This document shows positions 24,916 through 38,744 of a DNA stretch of 64,000 nucleotides, piece by piece (positions within the stretch are counted from its first letter, which is position 1; each line of letters begins with the position of its first letter). Origin of the DNA: Octopus sinensis. Its lineage: Eukaryota. Made by a program: the position numbers and the translations under genes. The DNA lies in NCBI RefSeq assembly GCF_006345805.1, contig NC_043005.1:76632001-76696000 (forward strand). Direction: 5' to 3'. The notes under the pieces are model-generated. The model did not search any database and had not been told where the DNA came from. It worked only from the letters and a program-made list of their open reading frames with translations.

Positions 24916-24932
24916 ACTTATATATATATATA

Positions 24933-26110
24933 GTGAGAATTTACAAAAAGCAAAAGTCGAAGACGGGTGTGTGTAATCAACAAACAGGTATATTAATTTA
25001 GCACTCGGGAAATGAGAAAGTCTTTTACGTTTTGAGCCTTCACTCTTCGACAGAAAGGAACACAGAAATAACAGGGAGAGAAAATAGAAAAGGGTTTAGT
25101 GGCTTGCGATCTATCATGGCGAATGCCGGACAGAGGAGTCACACAGGTGAGCTAGGAAGAAGGGGAGATAATAAAGTAGAGGTGATCCTAAAAGGAAGGT
25201 GCGCGTGCAAGTGTATGTGAGAGCGTGTAAGTGCGTGTGGAAGGGGGCTGGTGATATTGACGTGTGTGTGAGTGCACGTGTAGATGTGTGGACGATGGTG
25301 TAGGTGTTGGGAAGTGGTCAGTGCTAGTGTGCGCTGGTGTGAGTACTGGGAAGTGGTCAGTGCTAGTATGTTCGGGGTGGTGTGTCGGGGTATGGTAGTG
25401 GGTGGTGTGGTGGTGGATGGTGGGGGGTGGATGTGTGGGGAAAGCAAGGGTGGGGTGTAAAGGATGCGGTGGGGTGGGATGGGATGTATAGGGATGGTGG
25501 GGTTGGAATGTGTAGGGGTGGGGTTACGATGAAGGGAGAGGCTGGAAGGGAGAAGGTGTGTAGGAGCGAAGAGAGGAAGTAGGTACCAGAGCAAGAGAGG
25601 AGAGGTCGATGGGAAGAAGTTAGTGTGAGAGGAAGAGAGGAGGAGGGTTATATGAAGAGGGGAGGAGAGTTGAGCCCATGTGACGCAAAAGAGAGAAGCG
25701 AGAAGATTAATTCCTGCTCACGGCGAAGACATGAGTCCGGATGCCCCTGTGTAAGGACAGTCCGAACACAGACACGTGTTGTAAAGAATGACCGGTAGAT
25801 CGGGTTGTCGTTGCCGAGTCGGAGATGTTCCGCGAACCAGTCAGCCAAGCGGCGCACCGTTTGACCGATGTATAGAGAAGGACAGAGAGAGCAGGAGATG
25901 CAGTAGATGACGTTGCCAGAAGTGCAGGTGAAGGAGTCAGTGATATGACAGGGTCGATGATAGTTGCCTGTGAGGAGGGTGGTGTTGGAGAGGTAAGGAC
26001 AACCACACCTCTATCATCATTGCAATCGGACATGTCGAGTCCACATTGACCTCATTAGTCACGAACGAGAGTGCAGACGACGTGGACAACAGCCTTCCTA
26101 ATCTTTGTCA
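24933..26110 (-). mobile_element. 3' part of a second PLE family (GIY-YIG remnant, 3' UTR, HHR-like motif)
   Basis: CGCPYLSN..ITDSFTCTSGNVIYCISCSLCPSLYIGQTVRRLADWFAEH..REQELIFSL..HGLNS at about 25650-26000. The 3' end abuts (TA)n at 24917-24932. Confidence 0.85.
25022..25057 (-). ncRNA. Ultra-minimal hammerhead-like motif (position-6 variant family), decayed
   Basis: CUUU-CUGUCGA-A-GAGU-GAAG-GCUC-AAA-ACGU-A-AAAG (G12 changed to A); homologous to 58514 and 43865. Confidence 0.45.
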
Positions 26111-26908
26111 GCGAAGCCAAGCCAAGATAAGAGTGTATACATGTGTGTATGTGTATCTATGTATGTGTATATGTATGTATGTATGTGTATATGTATGTGT
26201 ATGTATGCATGTGTATATGTATGTATGCGTGTATGAATGTGTATGCATTATATATGTATATACACATACATCTTTTTGTTTATGTATGTAGGTATTTGTG
26301 CGGGTTAGTAGGTTCATATGCCATGTTATTATGTAGTGGATACATACAAGTAAGAATGAAATATATGTAAAGTATTATTAAGGAATCCATGAATTCAGGT
26401 ATATACGTAATATGCATACACTTACATACAGGTGTCTAAACGCTTGTATAGATGCATTTGTAATCATGTTTCGATGCATGTATGTTTGGCTACACGTACA
26501 CATATGTATATTTATATGTGTGTATGTGTGTGTGCGGGGGGTGGTGTCCGTCCCTAATTAATGTTTTATAGATTTTAATTGGCCCCTTACTCTGTCGGAG
26601 GTTTTAAAGAAAAGAGACTTGTCTCCTTCGCTATTCTTCATACAGCAACTCGTCTCTTCAATCATAAAATGAGTTTGAAAATTTCCTATTGTCCCGGCTA
26701 GCGCAATATTCTGAAGTGTATCTGAATTATGGAACTTCATTCTTTCTCCGCCGAATTCAAGTTCAGCCATCTTTTACTCTATGTGGTTTGCTACAAATGT
26801 TGCTCAAATAGTAATAATTATAAAGTTGAATGTCTAATTTGGGCACTGGAATTCTATGCTGCTCATCAATAGAATGGCGCAGAGATAACTTCTGCTATAT
26901 GTGTATGC

Positions 26909-27220
26909 GTGGAGGCGCAATGGCCCAGTAGTTAGGGCAGCGGACTCGCGGTCGTAGGATCGCAGTTTCGATTCCCAGACCGGGCTTGTGAGTGTTTATT
27001 GAGCGAAAAACACCTAAAGCTCTACGAGGCTCCGGCAAGGGGTGGTGGTGATCCCTGCTGTACCCTTTCGCCACAACTTTTTCTCACTCTTTCTTCTGTT
27101 GGCCTGCTCGCTTAGCCAGCGGAGTGGTGTCATTTGAAAGCTAAAACAGTGCGAAGCGCATTGTGACCGGCAATGTGTAGCAACATCTGATAGCCTGATC
27201 GGTCACGGTGATCACGGTGA
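26909..27220 (+). mobile_element. SINE family C
   Basis: Near-identical to 9871-10175. Confidence 0.85.
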
Positions 27221-27812
27221 TATGTGTATGAATGTGTTTTTTACAGATTTATTTAAATTCTTAACAACGTTCAAACTGGTCGTATCAAATCAACGGGATA
27301 TTTTGAGTTAAGACATTTTCAAGGATTTAAAATTTGTGGTTGAGTTAGTGTATGCAAATATGTACGTGTATGCACCAACACTTACGTTCTGTGTGAATAT
27401 GATTTTTTAATACTTTGTGGATGGGTGTCTATGTGCCTCATTACTTTCTACCCATGTGTCTTCATCAGTACACACAACCTTGTGTGTGCATATGTTAATT
27501 TAAAGTGTCTCGGATGGAGAATCTTTGGAATGTACACACACACACTCACACACATATAGATAGATAGAAAGACAGATAGATATTTGTGTATATATCTATG
27601 TATGTATAAATATGTATTTTAGAAATGAAGAAAATCTCATGCACAGGAGAATAGCTGTTGAAATAGCTCAGGGGATTGGATAATATGCTCTTATAGACGG
27701 AAAAAATGTGGCCACTAGCTAACTCGGCGCTTCAGTGTTTGTCTATATGAATAGTCTCTCTCTTTACATGTATGTTTGTATATGTATGTACGTATATTTT
27801 CGTGTATGTATA

Positions 27813-28028
27813 TACGGGGTGGTGCTGAAAAGTTCCTGATTTTGGGTAAAAGAAAATATAGGCGGATCAGTTATGATTTTATTCAACATATTCCTCTCTC
27901 AGATTGAAACACTTATTATAGCGGCCCATCAGTTTTTCTAAGCCTTGTAAAAGAACTCGAAAGTTCGGGCCACCAATCAGGCTTTCGCGATACACGTAAA
28001 GCCAGGAACTTTTCAGCACTCCCTCATA
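27813..28028. mobile_element. Tc1/mariner-type MITE
   Basis: TIRs ..GTGCTGAAAAGTTCCTG / CAGGAACTTTTCAGCAC..; homologous to 8105-8315. Confidence 0.8.
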
Positions 28029-29024
28029 TAAATATGTATTTTAGAAAGGAAACAATTTCTCAAACACAGAAGAATAACTGTGAAGACAGCTCAAAGGATT
28101 GAGCAAAATACCCTTATTAACAGAAAAAATATGGCAACCAGCTAACTTGGGGCTTCAATGCTTGTTAAAAATGTTCTCTCTATATATATGTTTGTTTGTA
28201 TATATGTATGTACGTATGTATTCGAGTATGTACATATGTACATTTTTACGTATTGTGCATATATTATGTAAACATGTTGAGATGTATATTTTCTCATACT
28301 TACAGACTTAGTAATTTCTTTCAGTCACTGGAGCAACAGCCATGCGTTCAATTTAATTGCAGCTCGTCTGATGGCTTGTAAACGACATCTCCATTGCTGG
28401 CAATTATTGTATCCTGAAATCATAAGATAGAAATTTCACAAAGTAACGTACTAAGAGGTAGCTTACCTACACTTTTTTTAATGAGGTGAACACACAATAT
28501 CTTTCTCAGACACAAGTTCTCAGATACTTCAAAATATATGTTTTGTACGTGAGTATATGTAAGTAAGTGTATGTATACATTATACGTGCCTCTGTAAGTA
28601 TCTTAGTAATCATTGATACATAAAAATTTTAATACTGTAGACGAAGCCAAATATAAACACAAGGAGATAAGAATAAAAAAAAAACAACTGAAATACGACT
28701 ATCCTATTAATTCAAGATGGCTAGCGATTGAAAAGACTTGAAATTATTATGGGAAATACAGAGATAAATTAGATTTTGCAAACTTAGACTTATGCTCAAG
28801 TCATTGTGACTTTTGTCTTTTAGTGACCAGCTTTTGATCTTTAATCTCCTCTGACACACTTCGATTATTTCAGCGAGAAGAGAAATGGGGGCCACGAGAT
28901 TGACTTACCCTTTGATATACTTATACAGAAACAGATTCTTCAGTAATGTGACCGACAACAAAGAGAAGAGGTTACGGGGAAACTTATAAATAAGCACGAC
29001 AACGATACCTACTGTAGAAACAGT

Positions 29025-29064
29025 AACAACAGCAAGAACAACAACAGATACAACAACAACAAAA

Positions 29065-29115
<51 letters not shown>

Positions 29116-29162
29116 GCTGCTACTATTAATATTACTACTACTACTAATAATAATAATAATAT

Positions 29163-29212
<50 letters not shown>

Positions 29213-29215
29213 TGG
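29025..29215. repeat. Compound trinucleotide microsatellite (AAC/ACT/AAT)
   Basis: Directly visible. Similar arrays at 30790-31030, 37945-38025, 48920-49120 and 56720-56880; many (TA)n, (CA)n and (TATG)n tracts throughout. Confidence 0.95.
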
Positions 29216-29731
29216 CACCGATGATGACCGACGCCGACGATGACGGCATATAAGTCAAGTTTGATCAAGTACTAAGTTTTGATCTTCTTTCTGCTTTGAT
29301 GAAAGACAAATAATCTCGCCCATTCTTCGGTAGTCTTTTGAAAAGAAATCTCGATGCTGTCTCGGCATTCCATCCACTTGATGTTACCAAAGTAAATAGG
29401 AAAAAGTATATATAATCAATTCAATCGATTATACTCCTCATCAATATATTTATAGCAGTGAACCAAGAGAGGAAATCAATACAAAGTACTTCTATCTGAC
29501 CTTCATCATCGGGTATAAGAAAGTACTGGACAGACACAATGAAGTGAACCTCGATTTCTCTCACTAGTTTGCTGTTTGACATTGTTGAAATAACAGCCAA
29601 ATCTTATTAAGTGATCTCATGGAGTGATACATTGGTTGATCTAGTTTTAGGCATTCTATATTTGGATATTTGGTCATGACTGGCTGGGACACATTTGATT
29701 GGAGAAATGATCATCTGAAATAGACCCAAAA

Positions 29732-30082
29732 CAGTGTTCCTCGACCATTTTCTTTACCTCTGGATCCCTTTGATTACTACTTTATTCTGGTGAAACTCCC
29801 TAGTCATTTATACTTAAAAATTAGGTTTATAGAAACTTCTTCCCAACTTCCTGTTTTGTTTTCCACACGTTATCTTGTGTAGGGTGACCTATGTAAAATG
29901 TTAGAGAAAAAACACCCAGCTGTTTCTTGCAATACATAACAATACATACATCTGAAGCAAGACTTTTTCAGGGGCCCTAAAAATATTAATGTGGATCCCG
30001 AATTTACTGTTTTGTTGCGTGGAACCTCAAGAATCTTACGTGAACCCTCAGTGGCCACATGGACCCCGGTTGAGAATCACTG
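29732..30082. mobile_element. hAT-like MITE
   Basis: Imperfect TIRs CAGTGTTCCTCGACC / GGTTGAGAATCACTG; no clear 8-bp TSD. Confidence 0.55.
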
Positions 30083-31289
30083 GCTAAAATATTGTTTCTC
30101 ACTGAAAAGGTCCCGTGGAGTAAACAAGAGGCGGAAAAAATTGACGTGTTCAATTAGATGATTTCGAGCTTTTTAAACTTGTTCAATACAACTGTGGCGA
30201 AAGCAGTATTATGCAAAAACAAACGGTATTTTGATATCTTAGAAATATAGACTATCGGAACAGGGCTGAATATTTGGTTAACACTTATTTAATGGTGTTG
30301 GTAGTCGTGGTGGTGTTGATGTATTTATCCGTATGTGTGATGTGGATGGGGTTCTTGTATTTGTCAGTGTAAGGACCATTGACCTAAATATCCTTTCCAG
30401 AATAAAAGACGAAGGTAGATATAGGAAATTTAGCAAAACTACTGAAGTATTACGATTTAATAGTTATTGGCAAATATATCAAAGGAGATATTTACTGAGA
30501 TATAACAATATGATACTACATTTACCGTAGTTGTTGCTGTCGTTATTTATCCGTAATGATAGTGCTTAGCATCACTATCATTATCATTAATGATGATTAT
30601 GATGATAGTGATGCAGATGATGATGATTGTGAAGGATGGGACGACAATCGATTTAAGGGTGTGGATAGCAATTTTGTGGTAAGTGATAATAATCAGCAGG
30701 GTGATAATGATTGGAATAGAGATAGTGAGAATGACAATGGTAATAACGACATCACAGATACTGAGTAGTGATGGAGGATTGATGGAGGCAGTAGTAGTAG
30801 TAGTAGTAGTAGTAGTAGGAGGAGGAGGAGGAGGAGGAGGAGGAGGAGGAGGAGGAGGATAGAGAAGAGGAGAAGCAGGGAGAGAAGAACGCGGAGAAGA
30901 GGTACAAGAGGAACTTAGATGGTGAAGAAGCGGAAATGGTGAAGGAGGAGGAGCTGTGAGAAAGTGAAGATAGGAGGAGGAAGAGAAGGGTGAAGAGAAG
31001 GATGAAAAGAAAGAGGAGGAGAAGAAGGAGAGAAGGAAGAGTAAAAACATGGGAGAGGGGTGTGGGTAACTGATATTCTGCTGAGCAAAGCAGTACTGAG
31101 GGAGGGGGGAAACGAAAAGGAAAATGGAGGAAGAAAAAAAGGAAAAAGCAGTTTGAATCGGCTAAAACGTGCAGACAGACTCATCATTGGAAGATTTCAC
31201 TCTCTCATCCTCTATCGCCTTCTCTCACTCTCTCTTTCTGTTTCCCTTCCCCGTCTCTCTCTCTTACTCTCTCTCTCTCTCTTTCTCTG

Positions 31290-31339
<50 letters not shown>

Positions 31340-31810
31340 TGTTACCTTTCTCTTTTACTCTTTCAGCTTTTAACTATTACCCAAACCGCTTCTGTGCTAC
31401 GTTAGTTCTAACGCAATTTAGTATTCGAACTGTTTCTATCTGTACAGCATCGCATCAATACGTTAAAACCATCTACCGCATTATCAGTACATATGCACTT
31501 TGCAAACATAAATCATTGACAACATCAGAGATATGGGGAAACAAAGGGGGGAAACAATGTGATTGTTGGAATTTCATCAAAGAAGACAGGATTAGAAAGA
31601 AACGGGAGAGGAAAATTATTATTCCCACCCACGTAAGAGAAGAAAATAAAAGTGGTTGTATTTATTTATTTATGTTTTCCAGGAAAGTCAGTAATTAGTT
31701 TTCGCTGCAAGCTTTCTATTTAGATCTGAAAGGGAGATAATCGAGTCAATAATCTTATAGGATTATTATGAGTGTGGTCAATGCATTCGATGTGGTTGTT
31801 GTATTGTTTT

Positions 31811-32201
31811 ACTAGCAGTATCGCCCGGCGTTGCTCGGGTTTGTTTCGACCATTTAGAATTGGAATTTTTGAAAAGTAAAAATTTTGCATTATGTAGCTT
31901 GTTATTCTCTTTAAGTGAACATTTTTTCTCGTTGAAATACACCGAAAAATGGCAACACAGCAGTAAAAAAATCGTAAAAATTAGGGATTTTCATAGAAAA
32001 AAGGCACCTTTTTGATGTAAATAATTTTTGGTGTTAACATGGTCCAATTTGAATTTTTTCTTCTACGGAAGGAAAAGCAAGCCTTCTTCTATCATACTCT
32101 CAATTTTGGTCAACTTGAGCCGCAGAGTCTCGGAGGAGATAGTGTTAGTTGAAGGCTACCAAACCTGCCATACACAGACAACGTCAGCTTTATATATAGA
32201 T
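31811..32201 (+). mobile_element. Helentron/HINE-like non-autonomous element
   Basis: Starts ACTAGCAGTATCGCCCGGCGTTGCTCGGG and ends TTTATATATAGAT; the same terminal motif occurs inverted at 41477-41505. Confidence 0.6.
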
Positions 32202-32282
32202 ATATATATTGTAGAAGTTACTGATACGAACAACTTGTAATGTAATGTAGTTTAATGTATAGTACACAGACAACTTCAGCTT

Positions 32283-32359
<77 letters not shown>

Positions 32360-32517
32360 TTTGATGTTTCACTGGGGAGGTAAGGGCAGCGCTCGTGAAT
32401 GATTATATTTTCAGAATCTTTGAGAATGGTAAATGAAATGATGGGAGTGAAACTCAAACCAGTTATCTTGCCCAAATGCATGTAACTGTGTGATCTCTGC
32501 TAAAGACGGCCAAGTAT

Positions 32518-32775
32518 GAGGCGAAAGTGGTTAGGGTATTCCGTTAACGATCGTAAGGTCGTAAGTTCGATACCCGGCAGCGCGTGGTGCCCTTGAGCAA
32601 GATACTTTATTTCAAGTTGCTCCAGTCCACTCAGCTGGCAAAAATGAGTTGTACCAGTAATTCAAAGGGCCAGCCTTTTCATATTCTGTGTCACGCCGAA
32701 TCTTCCTGAGAACTATGTTAAGGTTACGTGTGTCAGTGGAGTGCTCAGCCACTTGCAAGTTAATTTCAACTGAAA
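32518..32775 (+). mobile_element. SINE family D
   Basis: tRNA-like head, CCTTGAGCAAGATACTTTATTTCA..CCAGTCCACTCAGCTGGCAAAAATGAGT core. Confidence 0.7.
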
Positions 32776-33825
32776 CCTCGTCGTCGTAACCGACGAAATG
32801 CCAGTACACCGGTAGACGGATAAGGTCAACAATGAAATAGCTGCAACTAATACCGCAAGGCGTCAACCGCTCGAAAGCGATGAAAGGTAAAGTTGATCTC
32901 GGCGAGATTTGAACTCAGCGTGCAATGAGTTGGAGCGAATTATATTTACAGCAGACAAATTAAAAGATCACATTGAAGCTTCTCACCAGTAGAAGCTATG
33001 TCAATCAGAATACTAGCCATAAAATCCAGAATGCTTTCGTATGGAGCAACGCATTCTTGGCTGACATCGACTTATATAGTAACTATGACGACGAAAGCAA
33101 TAACAACAATAGCAATTAATGACATGAAAGAACGGTGGCTCTTGTGTTTCTCTTTACAGAAACAGTATTCATTGAGATACTTGAATTTAGGAGTGTTGGC
33201 AAACCCACATGTGGCTGTTGAAGACGTGCCGATAGGGTAAGTGATAGCCAGCAAAGCGACTGACCGTGCGTAACACATGACTGCGACTACGCTGCGTTTA
33301 TGATTTCCATACGTCACTGTAAACGAGCTTGAAGTGTGTCTTTCATGTTTAGAAGAAGATCAACCATTTCTGAAGATAAACCAACTGTCACCATTTGGTC
33401 ATTGAGAACACTTGGGTTAGATTTGAATGAAATTTATATTTCTTCGCAAATTTAGCAAGTCAAGCGAATTGGTGGAGGTCCTGTGATTGGTTCAATTTAA
33501 ATACGCAGTATAATTATATAATATAGCCACAGTATAAAAATTGGCAAATATTTCGCTAGCTTGCTTTGGCGTGTTGAAACCTATTTGTGATCTTTCAGGA
33601 AACACGAAACATTTTTATCAAAAACCTGGATTCCTATATTACTCAAAACTAATTGGCCACGTATCTGTTAACTAATCCAGTTAGAACCAGCATTATACTC
33701 TCTCAAAGATAATATATAGTATTTCATAAACACATGGTTTTGGTATCGCGATACGTAAACTTATAGCCACAGAAACAACAGTCACAACATTCTAGGAGAC
33801 TTTGTAGAGGATATTTAGTTTACTA

Positions 33826-34430
33826 AGGTGGCGAGCAGGCAGAAACGTTAGCACGCCGGGCGAAATGCTTAGCAGTATTTCGTCTGCCGTTACGTTCTGA
33901 GTTCAAATTCCGCCGAGGTCGACTTTGCCTTTCATCCTTTCGAGGTCGATAAATTCAGTACCAGTTACGCACTGGGGTCGATGTAATCGACTTAATCCGT
34001 TTGTCTGTCCTTGTTTGTACCCTCTATGTTTAGCCCCTTGTAGGCAATAAAGAAATAAGAAACGTTAGCACGCCGGGCGAAATGCGTAGCCGTATTTCGT
34101 TTGCCGTTACGTTCTGAGTTCAAATTCCACCAAGGTCGACTTTGCCTTTCATCTTTTCGGGGTCGATAAATTAAGTACCAGTTACGCACTGGGTCGATGT
34201 AATCGATTTAATCCGTTTGTCTGTCCTTGTTTAGACCTTTGTGGGTAGTAAAAGAAATAGGTATTTCGTCTGTCTTTACGTTCTGAGTTCAAATTCCGCC
34301 AAGGTCGACTTTGTCTTTCATCCTTTCGAGTCGATAAAATTAAGTACCAGCTTTGTACTGGGGTCGATCTAATCGACTGGCCCCCTCCTCCAAAATTTCG
34401 GGCCTTGTGTCTAGAGTAGAAAAGAATATC
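33826..34430 (+). mobile_element. Three tandem SINE family B copies
   Basis: Core repeated at about 33826, 34060 and 34260. Confidence 0.85.
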
Positions 34431-34674
34431 TATTTTCCTATTTCTTACAATTTATACTTACTACGTAGGTTTAAGCTTGAGCAATTAAAACACTAATCTG
34501 TGTTTGTGAACGAATAAATTCTGTAGTAGGAAGCAATTACATCAGTGAATTAATTATGAAGTACTTGAGACACAAACAGAATCAATTTCTTGATTATTTG
34601 GTTGAAAGATGTTAGAAAATGTGTTTTGTCACAAAATGTATAGTCACACACAGATCACACACAGATCACACACA

Positions 34675-34742
<68 letters not shown>

Positions 34743-35399
34743 AATCTATCAGTGGCGAAGGGTGAATAGGAAACTAGAGCATGCAATCCCCCCCCCACAC
34801 ACACACACGCTGATGTGGGTGAGGATTTCCTAGTGTTCCTCTCTCCCCCGTTTTCCGTGAAAAGTGTAGCATATAGCTTTGGGATATGGCAAGTCCGATA
34901 ATGAAAATAGTTTTCTTCCTACGATGCACTGATTTGAGGTAGTTAGTGAGACAGGAGAAACGTACATACAAACATTTCCAAAATATATATATAGGAACCC
35001 CGTGATTAGTGCACGAAATTTTTTTTTAAATTGTCCCTTAATATAAGCGGTGTCAGATTTGATTAGCACGTTTCAATAAGTATCTTTTTTGTCTTTTTCC
35101 GCGCAATTCCTTTGAAACATTGGCAGCAACTCATCTTCAGTTCCGCACCAACCCTTCACGAATGAGGTCGTGTGCCACACCTACTAGTATATTTAAAATA
35201 TATCGACAAAACTCCTTGAAATTCTACCAAAAATCGTGTAGTTTTTCGGCTTTTCTTAATTTTTTGCAAGAGTTTATAGAAAAGATCTACACAGACCACC
35301 ACTTTTTTAATAAAAATTATCAAATAAAAAGCGATTTTCGCATATTAATTCAAAAACTTTGAAACGGAAACACTCCCACTTCTAATAGCGTAGCCATAT

Positions 35400-35620
35400 C
35401 GAGGTGGCGTGCTGGAAGAGTAGTTAGCAAGTCGGACGAGACGTTTTGCAGTGTTTGGCCCGCCATTTGCGCTCTGAGTTCAAATTCTACTGGAGTCTAC
35501 TTTGCCTTTCATGTGTTCGGGGTCGATAAATTAAGTACCAGTCAAGTACTGGGGTCGATGGAATCGACTACACCCATTCTCCAAACATTTCAGCCCTTGT
35601 GGCTGCATTAGAAAGGAATA
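35400..35620 (+). mobile_element. SINE family B (diverged)
   Basis: Core motif match. Confidence 0.7.
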
Positions 35621-35989
35621 TTGAACCATGCCTATTTTTAAAGAACATTTTATATAGAAACAAAATCAGAAAAAAAATTTCTATAAACGATGTGTTTTCT
35701 TTTCTTTTTTTTCTCTCTGCAGAGTCTAATACAGCAGAGCTGATTAAAAAGTTTTAAAGAAAAAAAAAAAAAAAAAAACAGTCAGCTCATTCTAATTTTC
35801 TTTTTGCATTTTATAATTATAACTTGTATAGAATATGAAATAACAGTCCGCGAATTTGTTTTTATTTTTACTGCTTCCTTGATTTTTTAAATAGTATCAT
35901 ATGTCTCACTGTAAAAAGCAATATTTATCAGCACACAGTTACAATTGAAGGAAATTGGCAGGATTATCGTCAAATGTCGATGGATTATC

Positions 35990-36215
35990 GTCAAATGTCA
36001 ATGTCGACGAAACTGGCCTATTGTGGAAAAAAAAAGTCAACAAGAAATTTTCTGGCAAGAAAAGAGGCGACGACACAAGGTTATAAAGCACCCAAGGATA
36101 GATTAACACTTTTACTCGGAGTTAATGCCAAAATTGAATGCAAGTTAAAACCGATGCTAATTTATCGTACAATGAACCCAAGAGCATTAAAAGGCAGTAA
36201 CAAGCAATTCCTTTA
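35990..36215 (+). pseudogene. pogo/Tigger DDE transposase fragment
   Basis: VDETGLLWKK..TR, then KDRLTLLLGVNA..KLKPMLIYRTMNPRALK, with one frameshift. Confidence 0.85.
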
Positions 36216-36318
36216 AGTTGTTTGAAGAATGGTTCAATATGCATTTTTGTTCCACATTTGAAAAATATTGCAACACCAACAAAAAAAAAGTGAAATTAAT
36301 TTAAATTTCGCGAATATA

Positions 36319-36354
<36 letters not shown>

Positions 36355-36356
36355 TG

Positions 36357-36420
<64 letters not shown>

Positions 36421-36424
<4 letters not shown>

Positions 36425-36612
36425 GGCGCATGGCTCAATGGTTTAGATGTTGCACTCACGATTGCGAGATTGTGGGTTCGATTCAGAGATCGGACGTTGC
36501 ATTGTGTTCTTGAGCAAAGAATTTCATTTCACCTTGCTCTGCGATCACTTCGGTATCTGACATGTTGCACCCAGTTGCACCTGTACAGGTAATGTCGATT
36601 TGATCACTATAA
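36421..36612 (+). mobile_element. SINE family D-like copy
   Basis: GGCGCATGGCTCAATGGTTTAG..GGGTTCGATTC..GTGTTCTTGAGCAAAG. Confidence 0.7.
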
Positions 36613-37153
36613 ACAAATCAAGAAATTGCCGGACCCTCATACGTCGTCTAACGACGGGAGAGTCCATCTTATGTATACACTACACACGCACACATCCACT
36701 CACAAACACATACACACACACAGGGAAAGTGTGTTATATGGAGCTCTGTTGCAAAATTTATGTTTTCTGGTCGTAGTTCTACAAATCGTTTGTTGTCAGT
36801 TAACGTAGAGGATGATTAGTTAAGAATGGTCAAGTGATGAGTTAAGAGATTTTCGCGGCTAGTTTTCCGCTACGTCCTTTAGTTAAAGTCATCAGCAGCC
36901 AAATTAAAAGATCACATTGAAGCTTCTCACCAGCAGACATGTCCTATGTCAGTCAGAATACTAGCTATGAAAGGGAAAGCCACGAACAAACTTAGGGTTG
37001 TTTAGCTTTTGGTTGTGTCTAGTAACTGTGTGAGCTTATTTTATCGTACTTTGACTGGTCTAGTCTTGAGATCTCGTATTTGTTGTTGATGAATCGTTAA
37101 TCGCATTCTCACCTACTTGTGTAGAAAGATAGACTGACGGGCAGACACACACA

Positions 37154-37190
<37 letters not shown>

Positions 37191-37193
37191 AAA

Positions 37194-37237
<44 letters not shown>

Positions 37238-37815
37238 GAAACACACACATGGAGACATACACATGAAAACAATGGTACAAACATGTACATATGCACATAT
37301 ATATGAAATGAAAAAGCCGCATTTTTCTCTTTCCTTTTTCTTTACTCTATAGTATTTCAGAATTATTAGAATTCTAGTTATCGCTTTTGTAAATTCAATC
37401 TTTTTTTTTAAATTGCTACCGTCTAAAAATTATGCGCTCTTATAGCAACAAAAATGGGTTATTTTGTCTAATATTTAAGCTGACGTTTTCACAGTCGAGT
37501 GTAATAAAACTCGCAGTAATGGATATATTCCATAGATATATGTGTCTAAGTGTATGAGTGTGTGTCTAACTTAGAGTGGTTGAGTGTGTATGTATTTGAG
37601 AGTAGATATGTGTGCGTATGTATCTGAGAGTAGAAACAAGAAAAAGCAAAGCTAAAAAAACTGATACTTCCTAACAGAAGAGAACAAGACAATATGTTCA
37701 CGATAAAAATGGGCATGGAAATTAAAGAAACCACTATGAAACATTTGTAAGTAGTATTACGTTGAAAACTCTACATGTTAGTATCGAATATTTTATACAT
37801 ACATACATACATACA

Positions 37816-37846
<31 letters not shown>

Positions 37847-37979
37847 GTGTGTGTTTAGGCATTTTCGGCAATAGGTAAGTTCAGCAATTTTATGAAATTA
37901 CTAATGATCTATATTGTAAGTTGCTGAATGACACCATTTTTATTATTGCTGCTGCTGCTGCTACTACTACTACTACTAG

Positions 37980-38020
<41 letters not shown>

Positions 38021-38060
38021 CTCCTCCTCACACACGCACACATATGCATGCACACACACA

Positions 38061-38120
<60 letters not shown>

Positions 38121-38307
38121 TATATATACAAGCTTATATTAATGTTATACGTATATATATAATATCTATATACACACACACATACACACATATATATATT
38201 AGTGATAATTTTAAATTTAGGTATCCATCTTGTTGTATACCGTTTAAATCCTGTTTACCGTTTTCGGTTACCTGATGTTCTGAACACCATAGATTTGGGG
38301 GTGTGAG

Positions 38308-38355
<48 letters not shown>

Positions 38356-38365
38356 CATATTTCCA

Positions 38366-38437
<72 letters not shown>

Positions 38438-38440
<3 letters not shown>

Positions 38441-38744
38441 GAGGCGCAATGGCCCAGTGGTTAGTGCAGCGGACACGCGGTCGGAGGATCGCGGTTCCGA
38501 TTCCCAAGTCGGACGTTGTGTGTGTTTATTGAGCTAAAACACCAAAAAGCTCCACGAGGCTCCGGCAGGTGGTGGTGGCGACCCCTGTTGTACTCTTTCG
38601 CCCCAACTTTCTCTCAGTCTTTCTTCCTGTTTCTTGAGTAACGCTGCGATGGATTGGCGTGCCGTCCAGCTGGGGGGAACAAATACGCCACAGAAACCGG
38701 GAAACCGGGCCCATAAGCCTGACTAGGCTTGAAAAGGGCGCATA
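38438..38744 (+). mobile_element. SINE family C head with a family D-type tail
   Basis: Head as at 9871; tail GAAACCGGGAAACCGGGCCC..AAAAGGGCGCAT as at 47724-47970. Confidence 0.8.

Noticed and set aside
29436-29597. 53-codon minus-strand ORF containing YFLIPDDE, reminiscent of a ciliary-protein motif
   Set aside because: The similarity is a few residues recalled from memory, and no neighbouring exons could be linked.
33826-34430. Regularly repeated units resembling an array or CRISPR
   Set aside because: The units are 170-230-bp SINE copies; there is no repeat-spacer pattern and the DNA is eukaryotic.
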